Source of the DNA: Elusimicrobiota bacterium | GTDB lineage: Bacteria > Elusimicrobiota > UBA5214 > JBBAAG01 | DNA length: 64,000 nt | Assembly (NCBI GenBank): GCA_041658405.1 | Contig: JBBAAG010000001.1 | Span: forward strand, 43,386 to 107,385 | Direction: 5' to 3' | Shown here: piece after piece, positions 41,070-49,964 of the stretch | Layout: the number at the start of each line of letters is the position of its first letter | How positions within the stretch are numbered: position 1 is the first letter of the stretch | Made by a program: the position numbers and the translations under genes | The notes under the pieces: generated by a model | Told to the model about the DNA's origin: nothing | Database searches by the model: none | What the model saw: only the letters and a program-made list of their open reading frames with translations

Positions 41070-43199
41070 TTATAATACCTTTTTTAGTAAATAAGTTACA
41101 ACCTTACCCGGCTGGATAACAACTTCAGCGTCAATACTTTTACCTGCCAGGCAGGAGTACCACAATGATTCTGTATTGTTCTGGTAATCATATTTATACA
41201 ATGCATACCCGTTACTTTGTTGTAATGAATACTCCGCAGGGTTAATATTAAACTTAACCGAAACTGGTTCATTAACCGCGCAGTTTGTCAAAATAACGCA
41301 TACCGTATCATCATTTTTGTTATACCACGCAGAAGATTGTATTACCGCCATTTTGTGGGTTAACGTATTAGCCCAGATTTTGCGGGTTACTTCCACCTGC
41401 AGGACCGTATCCTCAATCCTTACAGGCATAGCGTACTCACCGGAGACAATATATTTTGATAATGCCCTCCGCGCCTGTGCAAGGGTTTTTAGGTACTCAC
41501 CTGCCGGGGTGGGTGATGGAAAAAAGAGTTCTGATGGTAGATCCCACGCAAGCTGCGCGCCAAAAGTAAAACATTCCGCTACGCGCGCACGAAAAGATTG
41601 GTGATCGCCTTTAAGTTCATGTTCCGCTATGTAATACATTCCGAAAGTAGAGGTGTACCCGCTGTACACCGCGGAAAACAGGGGGGCCATATCGTCACCG
41701 CAGCAGTTTACCATTAACTGGTTATCTATAAAATCAATATACGGTTCCGCATTACCTTCGGAAGTAATAAAAAACTGCGGATTTTCTTTTTGTCCATAAG
41801 TTTTTACCTGTTCCAGTAACTTACGGTAACTGCGTACCCATGCGTCACGCCCGCCTACAGGATGGGCGTGTGAGGCGTCATAACACAGTTTTGGGGGTGC
41901 AATCGCGATCTGGTCAATATAAATACCGTCTATACTGTAGTCTTTAATAAGTTTTTTTACGAGGTTAAGCACAATTTTTCTCCAACCCGGTGCGGTGGGG
42001 CACATAACACAGAGTTTACGTTTTGATGCGTAAAGTTCAATACTGACTTCACCGGTACTATCCTTCACGGCAAGAGGTTTGCCTGTGGTTTCAAACTCAG
42101 GGTTCTCACTGTCATACAACCGGCCGTTGATATACGGCATCACAGGGATATTGTTATCCTTCAATGTTTTAACTTCACCCGCAAACTCCGCTTTCGCTGG
42201 GAAGTAGTGCGGGTACGTATGGTCAAACGGTATCTGATGCCAATAATAGTAGTGGCACGCCAGAGGGATACCCAGGTACTGCGCTTTTTTTACGACATCC
42301 GCTGCCTGGGTACGTGTAGGACGAGGGGAGTTAAGCCCGGCGTTTGACCAGATAACGGTATCCAGCATTACCGGTGAATAATCTTTACGTTCATCAATCC
42401 TGCCTTTTGAACACCACAGTTGTTTTACCGCCCAGGAACGGTACTCTTTCCCTGCAGTATACCACCCGCCGGAGAGAGGTTTAAGAATAAACGCGTACTC
42501 GAGGTTCACCGTTTTTGGCTGGTTAACAAAATCTTTTGGGAAGTTTGTTATCGAATACTTTATTGTATGTTTAACTTTATCAGTCTCAAGGTTGAACTGT
42601 TTAATCCCGGCATTCCCGTCACACGCAGCGAGGTATACACTTTTTTCATTGCCTTGTAATGCATCACTATGATCTGTCTGCCCGATAAACTGCATAACAT
42701 AATGACCCGGATAGTATGGTGATAGGGTTTTATAGCGGTCACATGCATTTTTAATAACACGGCCCCAGCCGTCGCATAAGATAGTTTTTGAATCCTTACC
42801 CGCGGATACAGTGATTACCGGGAAATGCAGTTTGTTTAGTTTCCACATACCGTCATCAGGACGGGCAAGTTTTATTTTCCATAAAACATTACCGGCATCG
42901 TTGTCGTACTCAAGCCGGACAGTAACGTCAATACTTAACGTTTTACTTTCTTCAAACACTTTCCGCCACTTAAGCGTTACGCTATCCGGCGTATCCTGTT
43001 TAAGCGAATACTTACCCGGTAAAAGGTTGGTGAATACAGCTGTAGTTTTAGTTTCAGCATTAACAAATTCTGCATGCCATAACACTGTCCCGGGGATAAA
43101 GTTATAGGTTAGTCCCTGAATCCCGGTATTACCCATGTGTTCAATTGACCCGGTCTTATCATTAAATACGTGTAAAAGATTCTGTATCTGTATTTTCAT
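41070..43199 (-). CDS. Hypothetical 709-aa protein, possible glycoside-hydrolase-like TIM barrel (GHL)
   Basis: It is collinear with the neighbouring secreted-protein genes. The central region has YYYWHQ, GIYIDQIA and CYDASHAH-type motifs. I recognised no clear family. Confidence 0.35.
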   Translation of the reverse strand: MKIQIQNLLHVFNDKTGSIEHMGNTGIQGLTYNFIPGTVLWHAEFVNAETKTTAVFTNLLPGKYSLKQDTPDSVTLKWRKVFEESKTLSIDVTVRLEYDNDAGNVLWKIKLARPDDGMWKLNKLHFPVITVSAGKDSKTILCDGWGRVIKNACDRYKTLSPYYPGHYVMQFIGQTDHSDALQGNEKSVYLAACDGNAGIKQFNLETDKVKHTIKYSITNFPKDFVNQPKTVNLEYAFILKPLSGGWYTAGKEYRSWAVKQLWCSKGRIDERKDYSPVMLDTVIWSNAGLNSPRPTRTQAADVVKKAQYLGIPLACHYYYWHQIPFDHTYPHYFPAKAEFAGEVKTLKDNNIPVMPYINGRLYDSENPEFETTGKPLAVKDSTGEVSIELYASKRKLCVMCPTAPGWRKIVLNLVKKLIKDYSIDGIYIDQIAIAPPKLCYDASHAHPVGGRDAWVRSYRKLLEQVKTYGQKENPQFFITSEGNAEPYIDFIDNQLMVNCCGDDMAPLFSAVYSGYTSTFGMYYIAEHELKGDHQSFRARVAECFTFGAQLAWDLPSELFFPSPTPAGEYLKTLAQARRALSKYIVSGEYAMPVRIEDTVLQVEVTRKIWANTLTHKMAVIQSSAWYNKNDDTVCVILTNCAVNEPVSVKFNINPAEYSLQQSNGYALYKYDYQNNTESLWYSCLAGKSIDAEVVIQPGKVVTYLLKKVL

Positions 43200-43211
43200 A
43201 GTGTCTATATT

Positions 43212-44558
43212 TTATAAAACCGCGTGTTGTTGTTTCAATACCTGTCTTAACTCTTCCACCCGTGTAATCAACCCGCGGGGGGTAATTTTGTTTTTTATGC
43301 ATAACGCTGCAGCTGCGCCTGCTGCGTGTCCTACCACCGCAACGATCGGCATTATCCGCATTGCACCCTGTCCCTCCCGGGTAGAGGATATACACCGCCC
43401 GGCAATTAGCATATTATCAATTTTCAATGGGACAAGGCAACGGTAGGGTATATGGTAATAATCCCCGGGTTTTGGCCCGCCGGACATAAACGTTTGTGAT
43501 TCTTCATCATGGAGGTCAATCGGGTAATTCCCGCAGGCAATACCGTCATCAAACTTTTTTGCGTTTATAACATCCTGCCCGGAGAATACGTACTCACCGG
43601 TTATCCTCCGTGTTTCACGTACGCCAATCTGCGGAGCGGTAGTCGTGATAAATGAGTTTTTGAACCCCGCAACGTTATCCCTCAAAAAATTCCATACCAT
43701 CCATGCCTGGTACCGCGCGTCTACCTCCGCGGTGGTTAATCCTTCACCGGTGGAACCATCCAGCCCGGGTACATGCGTGGTATTGAGTTCAACCTCACCC
43801 GGGATAAGCGTGGAATAAAAAAATATGTGCTGGTGGATAGGTTTTGGGTAGGTGCCTTCCTCCTGGCCTTTTTTTGTTAGGTCAAAATATCCGGCAATTG
43901 ATGCACGGGATGCACCTTTTGTTTTGGTTGACCACTTAAAAAACTGTTCCGGTGCTGCAGCTACGTCATCAATAGTTTTGTCAATCTCCACCCCGCCGAT
44001 ACGGAACATCAGCGTCATTGCCTGAAGTTCACCGGTTGGGTGCTTACCTTTTTCATAAGGTACTCCGGAATAGTATGCAACATCACCGTCACCCGTGGCG
44101 TCCACCACAATTTTTGGGGTTATAGCAAACAATTTTGATTTCCCTGAAAATATGAGTGCGTCCACCCTGTTATTTTCTACTACAGCATCCACTACCTGTG
44201 AATGAAAGACAAGTTGTACTTTTGAGTCAACCAGCATCTCAAGCAGCACCTGTTTCATTCCTTCCGGATGGAATGCGTTTTGTATAATCGCATTCTTTTT
44301 TGCCAGCCGGTCAAGGATTTCCTGAAACAATCCGCCGCATAAAGATTTCTCGCCGGATTTCCAGTTCATAAATATACTTACCCCGCCGGCTGTACCGTCA
44401 CCGCCAAGCATACCCAGGCGTTCTACGAGTAAAGTCTTCGCGCCGGTACGCGCTGCAGCTACTGCTGCGCAAACTCCGGCAATCCCGCCCCCGGTTACCA
44501 GTACCTCAGGCGACTGGGTTACTTCCACACTTGTTTTGTACTCAATAGTTTTTGGCAT
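43212..44558 (-). CDS. FAD-dependent oxidoreductase (FAD_oxidored family)
   Basis: VLVTGGGIAGVCAAVAAARTGAKTLLVER is a Rossmann GxGxxG FAD-binding N-terminus. Length is 448 aa. Confidence 0.7.
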   Translation of the reverse strand: MPKTIEYKTSVEVTQSPEVLVTGGGIAGVCAAVAAARTGAKTLLVERLGMLGGDGTAGGVSIFMNWKSGEKSLCGGLFQEILDRLAKKNAIIQNAFHPEGMKQVLLEMLVDSKVQLVFHSQVVDAVVENNRVDALIFSGKSKLFAITPKIVVDATGDGDVAYYSGVPYEKGKHPTGELQAMTLMFRIGGVEIDKTIDDVAAAPEQFFKWSTKTKGASRASIAGYFDLTKKGQEEGTYPKPIHQHIFFYSTLIPGEVELNTTHVPGLDGSTGEGLTTAEVDARYQAWMVWNFLRDNVAGFKNSFITTTAPQIGVRETRRITGEYVFSGQDVINAKKFDDGIACGNYPIDLHDEESQTFMSGGPKPGDYYHIPYRCLVPLKIDNMLIAGRCISSTREGQGAMRIMPIVAVVGHAAGAAAALCIKNKITPRGLITRVEELRQVLKQQHAVL

Positions 44559-44592
44559 AATAAATGTACTGCGCTCCTCCTTACCTTAAAAC

Positions 44593-45480
44593 TCATAACG
44601 CCACAAGTACTACTGCTGTAAAGAAAAATAGCATACTGACAAACCCCGGGACCGTGGGTTTCTCTCCCAGGAATAACATACCAATGATAAACGTAAACGG
44701 TATCATACTGGAGGTTAGTAATGCTGCCTGTGATGCTGCGATGTTTTTTAGGGATACCATAAAAAATATTTCTCCGGTGATAAGACATAAACCGGAGATT
44801 ATACTGTACACCACACCATGTTTTGTGTAGCCCGGTTTTGTGAAATAAGATAATATCAATAATCCGATCACCGCGAAGATAGCTTTATAAAACATTGCAT
44901 TAAACGGCATGTAGAGAGTTAATACGTATTTAGTAAATACCGTACTTGACCCCCAGGATAATGCAACAAGGACTGCGCCAATCATTGCTACCACCGCGGT
45001 AGTAAGTTTGTTGTTACTCTTACTATTGTTTTTCTCTTCCCCGTTCCCGCTGAACATAGTCATAATCACTAACCCGGTAATAACGCAGAGTAGAGCAAGG
45101 AAGCTTAACAGCGTAAGTTTTTCATGTAAAAAAAGTACCGCCAGAACAACAGTCCATACCGGTGAGGATGAGGATACCGGCCCGACACGGTGTAGGCTAT
45201 CAAGTTTGAGAACATAAAAGTATAGTGTTGCACCGACAATCCAGCCGGTAAGGCTTGCCATAAAGATAGGGAATATCATCCGCGGTTCTATCGGCTGAAG
45301 CCCTTCGATCCCCAGTGTGGCAATAAAGATTAATACTACAAACACGATAAACCGTATGGTATTGAGTCCCACAGTCGTAGTGTCCCGCATTGCAATCTTA
45401 CCGAAATACATTGCCAGAGTCCAGAATACCGCGGCTAATATACACAAAATACTGTAGATAAACATATTTACGGCTAACAA
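44593..45480 (-). CDS. EamA/DMT-superfamily permease (10 TM)
   Basis: It has two repeated 5-TM halves with the EamA pattern and is highly hydrophobic. Length is 295 aa. Confidence 0.7.
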   Translation of the reverse strand: MLAVNMFIYSILCILAAVFWTLAMYFGKIAMRDTTTVGLNTIRFIVFVVLIFIATLGIEGLQPIEPRMIFPIFMASLTGWIVGATLYFYVLKLDSLHRVGPVSSSSPVWTVVLAVLFLHEKLTLLSFLALLCVITGLVIMTMFSGNGEEKNNSKSNNKLTTAVVAMIGAVLVALSWGSSTVFTKYVLTLYMPFNAMFYKAIFAVIGLLILSYFTKPGYTKHGVVYSIISGLCLITGEIFFMVSLKNIAASQAALLTSSMIPFTFIIGMLFLGEKPTVPGFVSMLFFFTAVVLVAL

Positions 45481-45591
45481 CTACTTTCTAAAGATAAACC
45501 ATATCCGCTGATCATATTTGTTTACATTATACAATATCGCGCAATTGCTTGACTTCTTATTTCAAGTATAGTAACATTTTGAGTATTATTT

Positions 45592-46083
45592 ATGACGGAT
45601 AAAAAAGATCCCAAAACGTGTTTAATACTCATAGTCGATGACGACTCCACAGTTGTAGATTTCTTCAGTACTACAATGGAGATTGAAGGGTTTACTACAG
45701 AAATTGCGTTCGACGGCGGTGAAGCTTTGGCAAGTATGCGTAAGTCCAAACCTTCACTCATCCTGCTTGACCTCATGCTCCCAACCAAAGGCGGGTACGA
45801 AGTATTACGGGAAATGCAGTCGGATAAAGAACTTAAGGATATCCCGGTAATCGTTATTACCGCTAAGAGTTTGGAAGCTGAATCAAAAAAGTTTTTGGCG
45901 GAAGGCGTTAATATCCTTGAAATTATTGAGAAACCGATTAATCCTACCATCCTCGCGCATAAGGTTCATAAAGCTCTTAATACACTGACAATGGAAGATA
46001 AAATTATTGAACGCGGGAAAAAACAGCTTGAACAGCTTAACATTAAACCTGAACAGTTAAAGAAAAAGTTATGGGATTACTGA
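45592..46083 (+). CDS. Stand-alone response-regulator receiver (REC) domain protein
   Basis: LILIVDDDSTVVDFF...ILLDLMLPTKGGYEV...ITAKS is a CheY-like fold with conserved D/D/K. It has no output domain. Confidence 0.75.
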   Translation: MTDKKDPKTCLILIVDDDSTVVDFFSTTMEIEGFTTEIAFDGGEALASMRKSKPSLILLDLMLPTKGGYEVLREMQSDKELKDIPVIVITAKSLEAESKKFLAEGVNILEIIEKPINPTILAHKVHKALNTLTMEDKIIERGKKQLEQLNIKPEQLKKKLWDY

Positions 46084-46469
46084 AGGACCGTCTGATACTT
46101 GTCGTAGATGACGACCTTATGGTTGCTGACCTGTTCAAACTTACCGTTGAATCCGAAGGCCTCCGTGCGGAGGTTGCTGGTGACGGAAAAATTGCGTTAC
46201 AAAAAATTGCTGACCTCAAACCCGACCTCGTGATACTAGACCTTATGATGCCCAATATGGGCGGGTACGAGGTACTGCGTAAACTTCAAGCTGATCCTGA
46301 ACTAAATAAAATGCCGGTGATCGTTGCTACCGCTAAAATAATGGATCCCGGGACTAAGGCGGTGCTCACAGAAGGGGTTAATGTCCCTGAAATTATTGAA
46401 AAACCCGTGGATATTGAAGCGTTAATGAAACTTGTCCACCGTATGCTTCCGCAGGAGGGGAGGAAATGA
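46071..46469 (+). CDS. Stand-alone REC domain protein (tandem paralog)
   Basis: LILVVDDDLMVADLF...VILDLMMPNMGGYEV...ATAK is present. It overlaps the previous gene by 13 bp. Confidence 0.75.
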   Translation: MGLLKDRLILVVDDDLMVADLFKLTVESEGLRAEVAGDGKIALQKIADLKPDLVILDLMMPNMGGYEVLRKLQADPELNKMPVIVATAKIMDPGTKAVLTEGVNVPEIIEKPVDIEALMKLVHRMLPQEGRK

Positions 46470-46975
46470 ACATATTTACAAAAGTATTTACTAAAAAGTG
46501 GGTGCAGATAGTATCAGCAGTTATTGTTTTTATCCTCACCGTCTACACAGTCGTATATTTTGATATAACCTCCCGTGCGAAGGAAGCGTATCTTGAAGCT
46601 GAGAAATACCAGGCATGGCATACCGATCCGCAGTTAAAGGTTAAACAACTTGAGGAACAGTATACCACCGAAAAAAAAGCGCTGGAGAAACGGTTAAACC
46701 CGTCACTCATCAATACAATCCTCGGGGTGAAGAAACTTACGAAAGAAGAACTTGCGCAGCAGGTTGATGCTATTGAGTTTGAACATACCCGCAGATTAAA
46801 CGAGTCATCTATCAAGTACGCGTATGTATGGTACCAAACCTGTGTAGAACTATTTTCTCCGCCGGAATCTAAATGGGTAAAACTTTCCCGTGAAAAAATG
46901 CCGGCAGCCAAGGAGTTGTGGAAAGCAGAACTCCGTGCGAAGAAAATTCCGTTTGAAGACTATATGCTTGACTGA
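46466..46975 (+). CDS. N-terminally membrane-anchored coiled-coil protein
   Basis: It has one N-terminal TM helix (VQIVSAVIVFILTVYTVVYF) and a charged helical remainder. It overlaps the previous gene by 4 bp. Confidence 0.4.
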   Translation: MNIFTKVFTKKWVQIVSAVIVFILTVYTVVYFDITSRAKEAYLEAEKYQAWHTDPQLKVKQLEEQYTTEKKALEKRLNPSLINTILGVKKLTKEELAQQVDAIEFEHTRRLNESSIKYAYVWYQTCVELFSPPESKWVKLSREKMPAAKELWKAELRAKKIPFEDYMLD

Positions 46976-46989
46976 CCTCAGAAAAAGAT

Positions 46990-47715
46990 ATGCCGGGATT
47001 CCTGAACTTTTTATTCAAAACATTAGTAACCATCCTCTTATTCCCGTTATCGATTGGCGCGGTATACGCACTGGCGCGGGTATTAACCGCTCCGCAGGCA
47101 CGGAATACCGCCTATTTCTGGTACCTCGCGGGGGGTACACTCGCGTATCCTGTCCTCCAAATCTTTATCCCGAAACCTATGTGGATATACACACTTGCGC
47201 ATGAGGTTACCCACGCGATTACGTCAATATTATTCGGGGGTAAAGTGTTAAGCATGAAAGTAACCGCCCGGGGGGGTAAGGTGGTGGTAACAAAATCCAA
47301 TTTTCTGGTAGCCCTGGCACCGTATGTATTCCCGTTCTACGCTGCAATACTTATGCTCCTATGGTATATTCTTACATTAACCTATGGCCCGGAGGTTGGA
47401 TTGTACTACCACTGGTTTTTACTGGTACTGGGATTACTTACAGGATTCCATCTCACACTTACATGGTACGCCATAAGTCTTGGCCAGACTGACCTAAAGC
47501 AAACAGGGGTTATGTTTTCATTATTCTTTGTGTTATTCACTAACTGCGTATTCATAGTGCTGATAATGAAAGCCGCAGCGCCGGGTAGTGTTGATACAAA
47601 AACTTTTTTTACAGACCTTGCAGCGTTCCAGGGAACCTTCTGGGTCTATGCGTACATCTACGCCATTAAACTATGGCAGTACATCATACTATTGACACGT
47701 TCCCTTACTCAATAA
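46990..47715 (+). CDS. Polytopic membrane zinc metalloprotease-like protein (HExxH within TM; Peptidase_M50B-like)
   Basis: YTLAHEVTHAITSILFGG has HExxH embedded in a hydrophobic segment. There are about 6 TM helices. Length is 241 aa. Confidence 0.5.
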   Translation: MPGFLNFLFKTLVTILLFPLSIGAVYALARVLTAPQARNTAYFWYLAGGTLAYPVLQIFIPKPMWIYTLAHEVTHAITSILFGGKVLSMKVTARGGKVVVTKSNFLVALAPYVFPFYAAILMLLWYILTLTYGPEVGLYYHWFLLVLGLLTGFHLTLTWYAISLGQTDLKQTGVMFSLFFVLFTNCVFIVLIMKAAAPGSVDTKTFFTDLAAFQGTFWVYAYIYAIKLWQYIILLTRSLTQ

Positions 47716-47720
47716 TAAGA

Positions 47721-48728
47721 TTACAAAATTGTATATTCCTCTGCGTGTATCGCCACAGGTTTTCCTATCGCGATTGATTCATTCGCGCGGTAACTCAATA
47801 ACGCGCCACGGATTGCTTTATTCACACCATTCGGCGGTTCTTTTTTGTTTAACACAGCATCCGCAAACGCATGAAGTTCGTACTCCCAGCCCTTATCACC
47901 CTTAGCAAGTTTTTCGGTAATAGTTTCCGTAGCGAAGCCATAAGCGTTAAGTTCAGTGAAGTCGTTGATATACACGGCCTTGCGGTTACTATAGATTTCA
48001 GTAACCTCCTTCGGCATTTTGTCATTACCTCTACTGGTGATAAGCGTAGTTCCCACAGATCCATCCGCAAAAGTTAGGGTTACACTCGCGGTATCCGGAA
48101 CCTCAACTTTTTCGTCAGTGATAAACACCCCGCCTGCAGCGTAGATTGTTATGGGTTCAGCGTTTATGAGTTCGCATAACAAGTCAAGGATATGCACGCC
48201 TTCCCCGATAATCCGTCCCCCTCCAAAAGTTTTATCGTGGAGCCAGTGGTTAGGTTTTGTTGTGTTCTGCAGACGGTGATAAATTATGCGTTTCGAGTTT
48301 TCAGTGGATAACATTTCCTTTGCTTTCCTCACCAGTGGAGCTAACCCGCGGTTATACCCAACAGTATATTTTATGCCAGATTTTTTCACGGCTTCCGCGA
48401 TACGCAGGCAGTCCGCGTAGTTTAACGCCATCGGCTTTTCGCAGACCACGTGTTTGCCCGCTTCCGCTGCTTTAACTGACAAGTCAGCGTGGGTATCATG
48501 ACGTGTGGTGATAAACACGGCATCAATGTTTTTGTCATCCAAAACTTTCTCCGCATCAGTTGTAGCGTACTCCGCGCCGGTAATATTTTTTAAATTATCC
48601 GCTGCGGGCTGTACAACATCGCAGGTAGCTATGACTTTGAATAATTGCGGTGCGTTCTTGATTATTGGTGAGTAAATCGTTTTCGCGAACCCTCCGCAGC
48701 CGATCATGCCGATCTTTAGTAATGACAT
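47721..48728 (-). CDS. Gfo/Idh/MocA-family NAD(P)-dependent oxidoreductase
   Basis: MSLLKIGMIGCGGFAKTIY is a Rossmann motif. A C-terminal alpha/beta domain is present. Length is 335 aa. Confidence 0.8.
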   Translation of the reverse strand: MSLLKIGMIGCGGFAKTIYSPIIKNAPQLFKVIATCDVVQPAADNLKNITGAEYATTDAEKVLDDKNIDAVFITTRHDTHADLSVKAAEAGKHVVCEKPMALNYADCLRIAEAVKKSGIKYTVGYNRGLAPLVRKAKEMLSTENSKRIIYHRLQNTTKPNHWLHDKTFGGGRIIGEGVHILDLLCELINAEPITIYAAGGVFITDEKVEVPDTASVTLTFADGSVGTTLITSRGNDKMPKEVTEIYSNRKAVYINDFTELNAYGFATETITEKLAKGDKGWEYELHAFADAVLNKKEPPNGVNKAIRGALLSYRANESIAIGKPVAIHAEEYTIL

Positions 48729-48828
48729 AAAGTATAAAACTCCTTCTCCAAATATTTTGTGTTTCCAGATACAATTATACTATTTTTGCTCATTCTATGA
48801 ATATCAGCTTGCTACCCATATCGTACAA

Positions 48829-49767
48829 TCAACTTAAGAAAATATTTTCATTGTGCCAAGAAAGGTAGTTTATTGAAGGCTTATTCTTTTCTTCGGGTAC
48901 ACTTTTTAATGAACTACCATGCACTGCATAATAATCTCTTCCATTCTCAAACTCCTCACGAATTCTTCTGCTGACTTCAACTTTTAAATCCGGTGTTATA
49001 GTAATATATCCCGTATCAAATAGCTTATGCAGATCCGAACGTAGTAATAAACCATTGGTGATTATATTGGGGCCGTTTTTAGAAATTGGCTGTATATGTG
49101 CCGCTTCTAAAACAGGTAACGTTCTTTCACCAGTAATCGCACATTTTTTATAATAAATATCTGTTACTATTAACCTGAATCCACCCTGACCTAATCTAGA
49201 TTTCGTTAGATAAGGATTTCCATATATTGCGGTCGAATCTGGCATTTCGTATTTACTTATTGTAAGTAAGGGATTGTATTTCACTAATCTTTCTGAAATC
49301 ATTTTAAACAAATTAAATCCTTCTGCTTCTTCAGTCTTATATATTTTTCCTCTAACTATATTTGAACTCCAACTTTGTGGTATATCAATCCAATCTTCTC
49401 TTTTAAAGAAAAATGGTGTTGAAAGCACGTTACATACTATTGATAGAGTGTGAATATTTTTGTTGTTAATTTCTTTGTTATATTTTTTTAAAACTGGTAG
49501 AAAATCATCTAATGCTTTTACACCATTTTTTTCTCCAAACGTTTCCCATGCTAATGCAATTGGAATTATAGTACTTGTTTCAAAAAAGCCACCACCAACA
49601 ATAAAATCTAATGGGCTATGCAATTTAAAAAGAAAAAGTTCTTTTGAAGACAATGCTTTAAAGGAGGTTAGTGATGGCTGCCAAAAATTTACTTCGTCGG
49701 GTAATGGATTTTGAGATGACAAATATTCAAACCATCTATTATCTGTTACACCTATCCAAATTTTCAC
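48829..49767 (-). CDS. HNH-family endonuclease (HNH_2-type) with N-terminal PUA/EVE-like domain; putative type IV (modification-dependent) restriction enzyme
   Basis: The C-terminus CAITGERTLPVLEAAHIQPISKNGPNIITNGLLLRSDLHKLFDTGYITITPD is the C...C...AHI.P....N.GL.L....H..FD.G pattern of HNH_2 nucleases. The N-terminal approximately 200 aa (KIWIGVTDNRWFEYL...FLFKLHSPLDFIVGGGFFE) resembles PUA-like/EVE folds. Confidence 0.65.
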   Translation of the reverse strand: MKIWIGVTDNRWFEYLSSQNPLPDEVNFWQPSLTSFKALSSKELFLFKLHSPLDFIVGGGFFETSTIIPIALAWETFGEKNGVKALDDFLPVLKKYNKEINNKNIHTLSIVCNVLSTPFFFKREDWIDIPQSWSSNIVRGKIYKTEEAEGFNLFKMISERLVKYNPLLTISKYEMPDSTAIYGNPYLTKSRLGQGGFRLIVTDIYYKKCAITGERTLPVLEAAHIQPISKNGPNIITNGLLLRSDLHKLFDTGYITITPDLKVEVSRRIREEFENGRDYYAVHGSSLKSVPEEKNKPSINYLSWHNENIFLS

Positions 49768-49964
49768 ATATTCACCTTTTTACTTTAAAGATTTAGATAA
49801 TATGATAATTCAAACGAGGCTTAACTTAACAAAAACCGATTACGGGCGCGATTACTAGCTTTTAAATTAATGATACTAAACAACAACTTATCAATCAATA
49901 AATATGTTTATGTTGTTATCATCATCTTTTTTGTATAATTGTAAGTATATTCGGATATAAAGAA

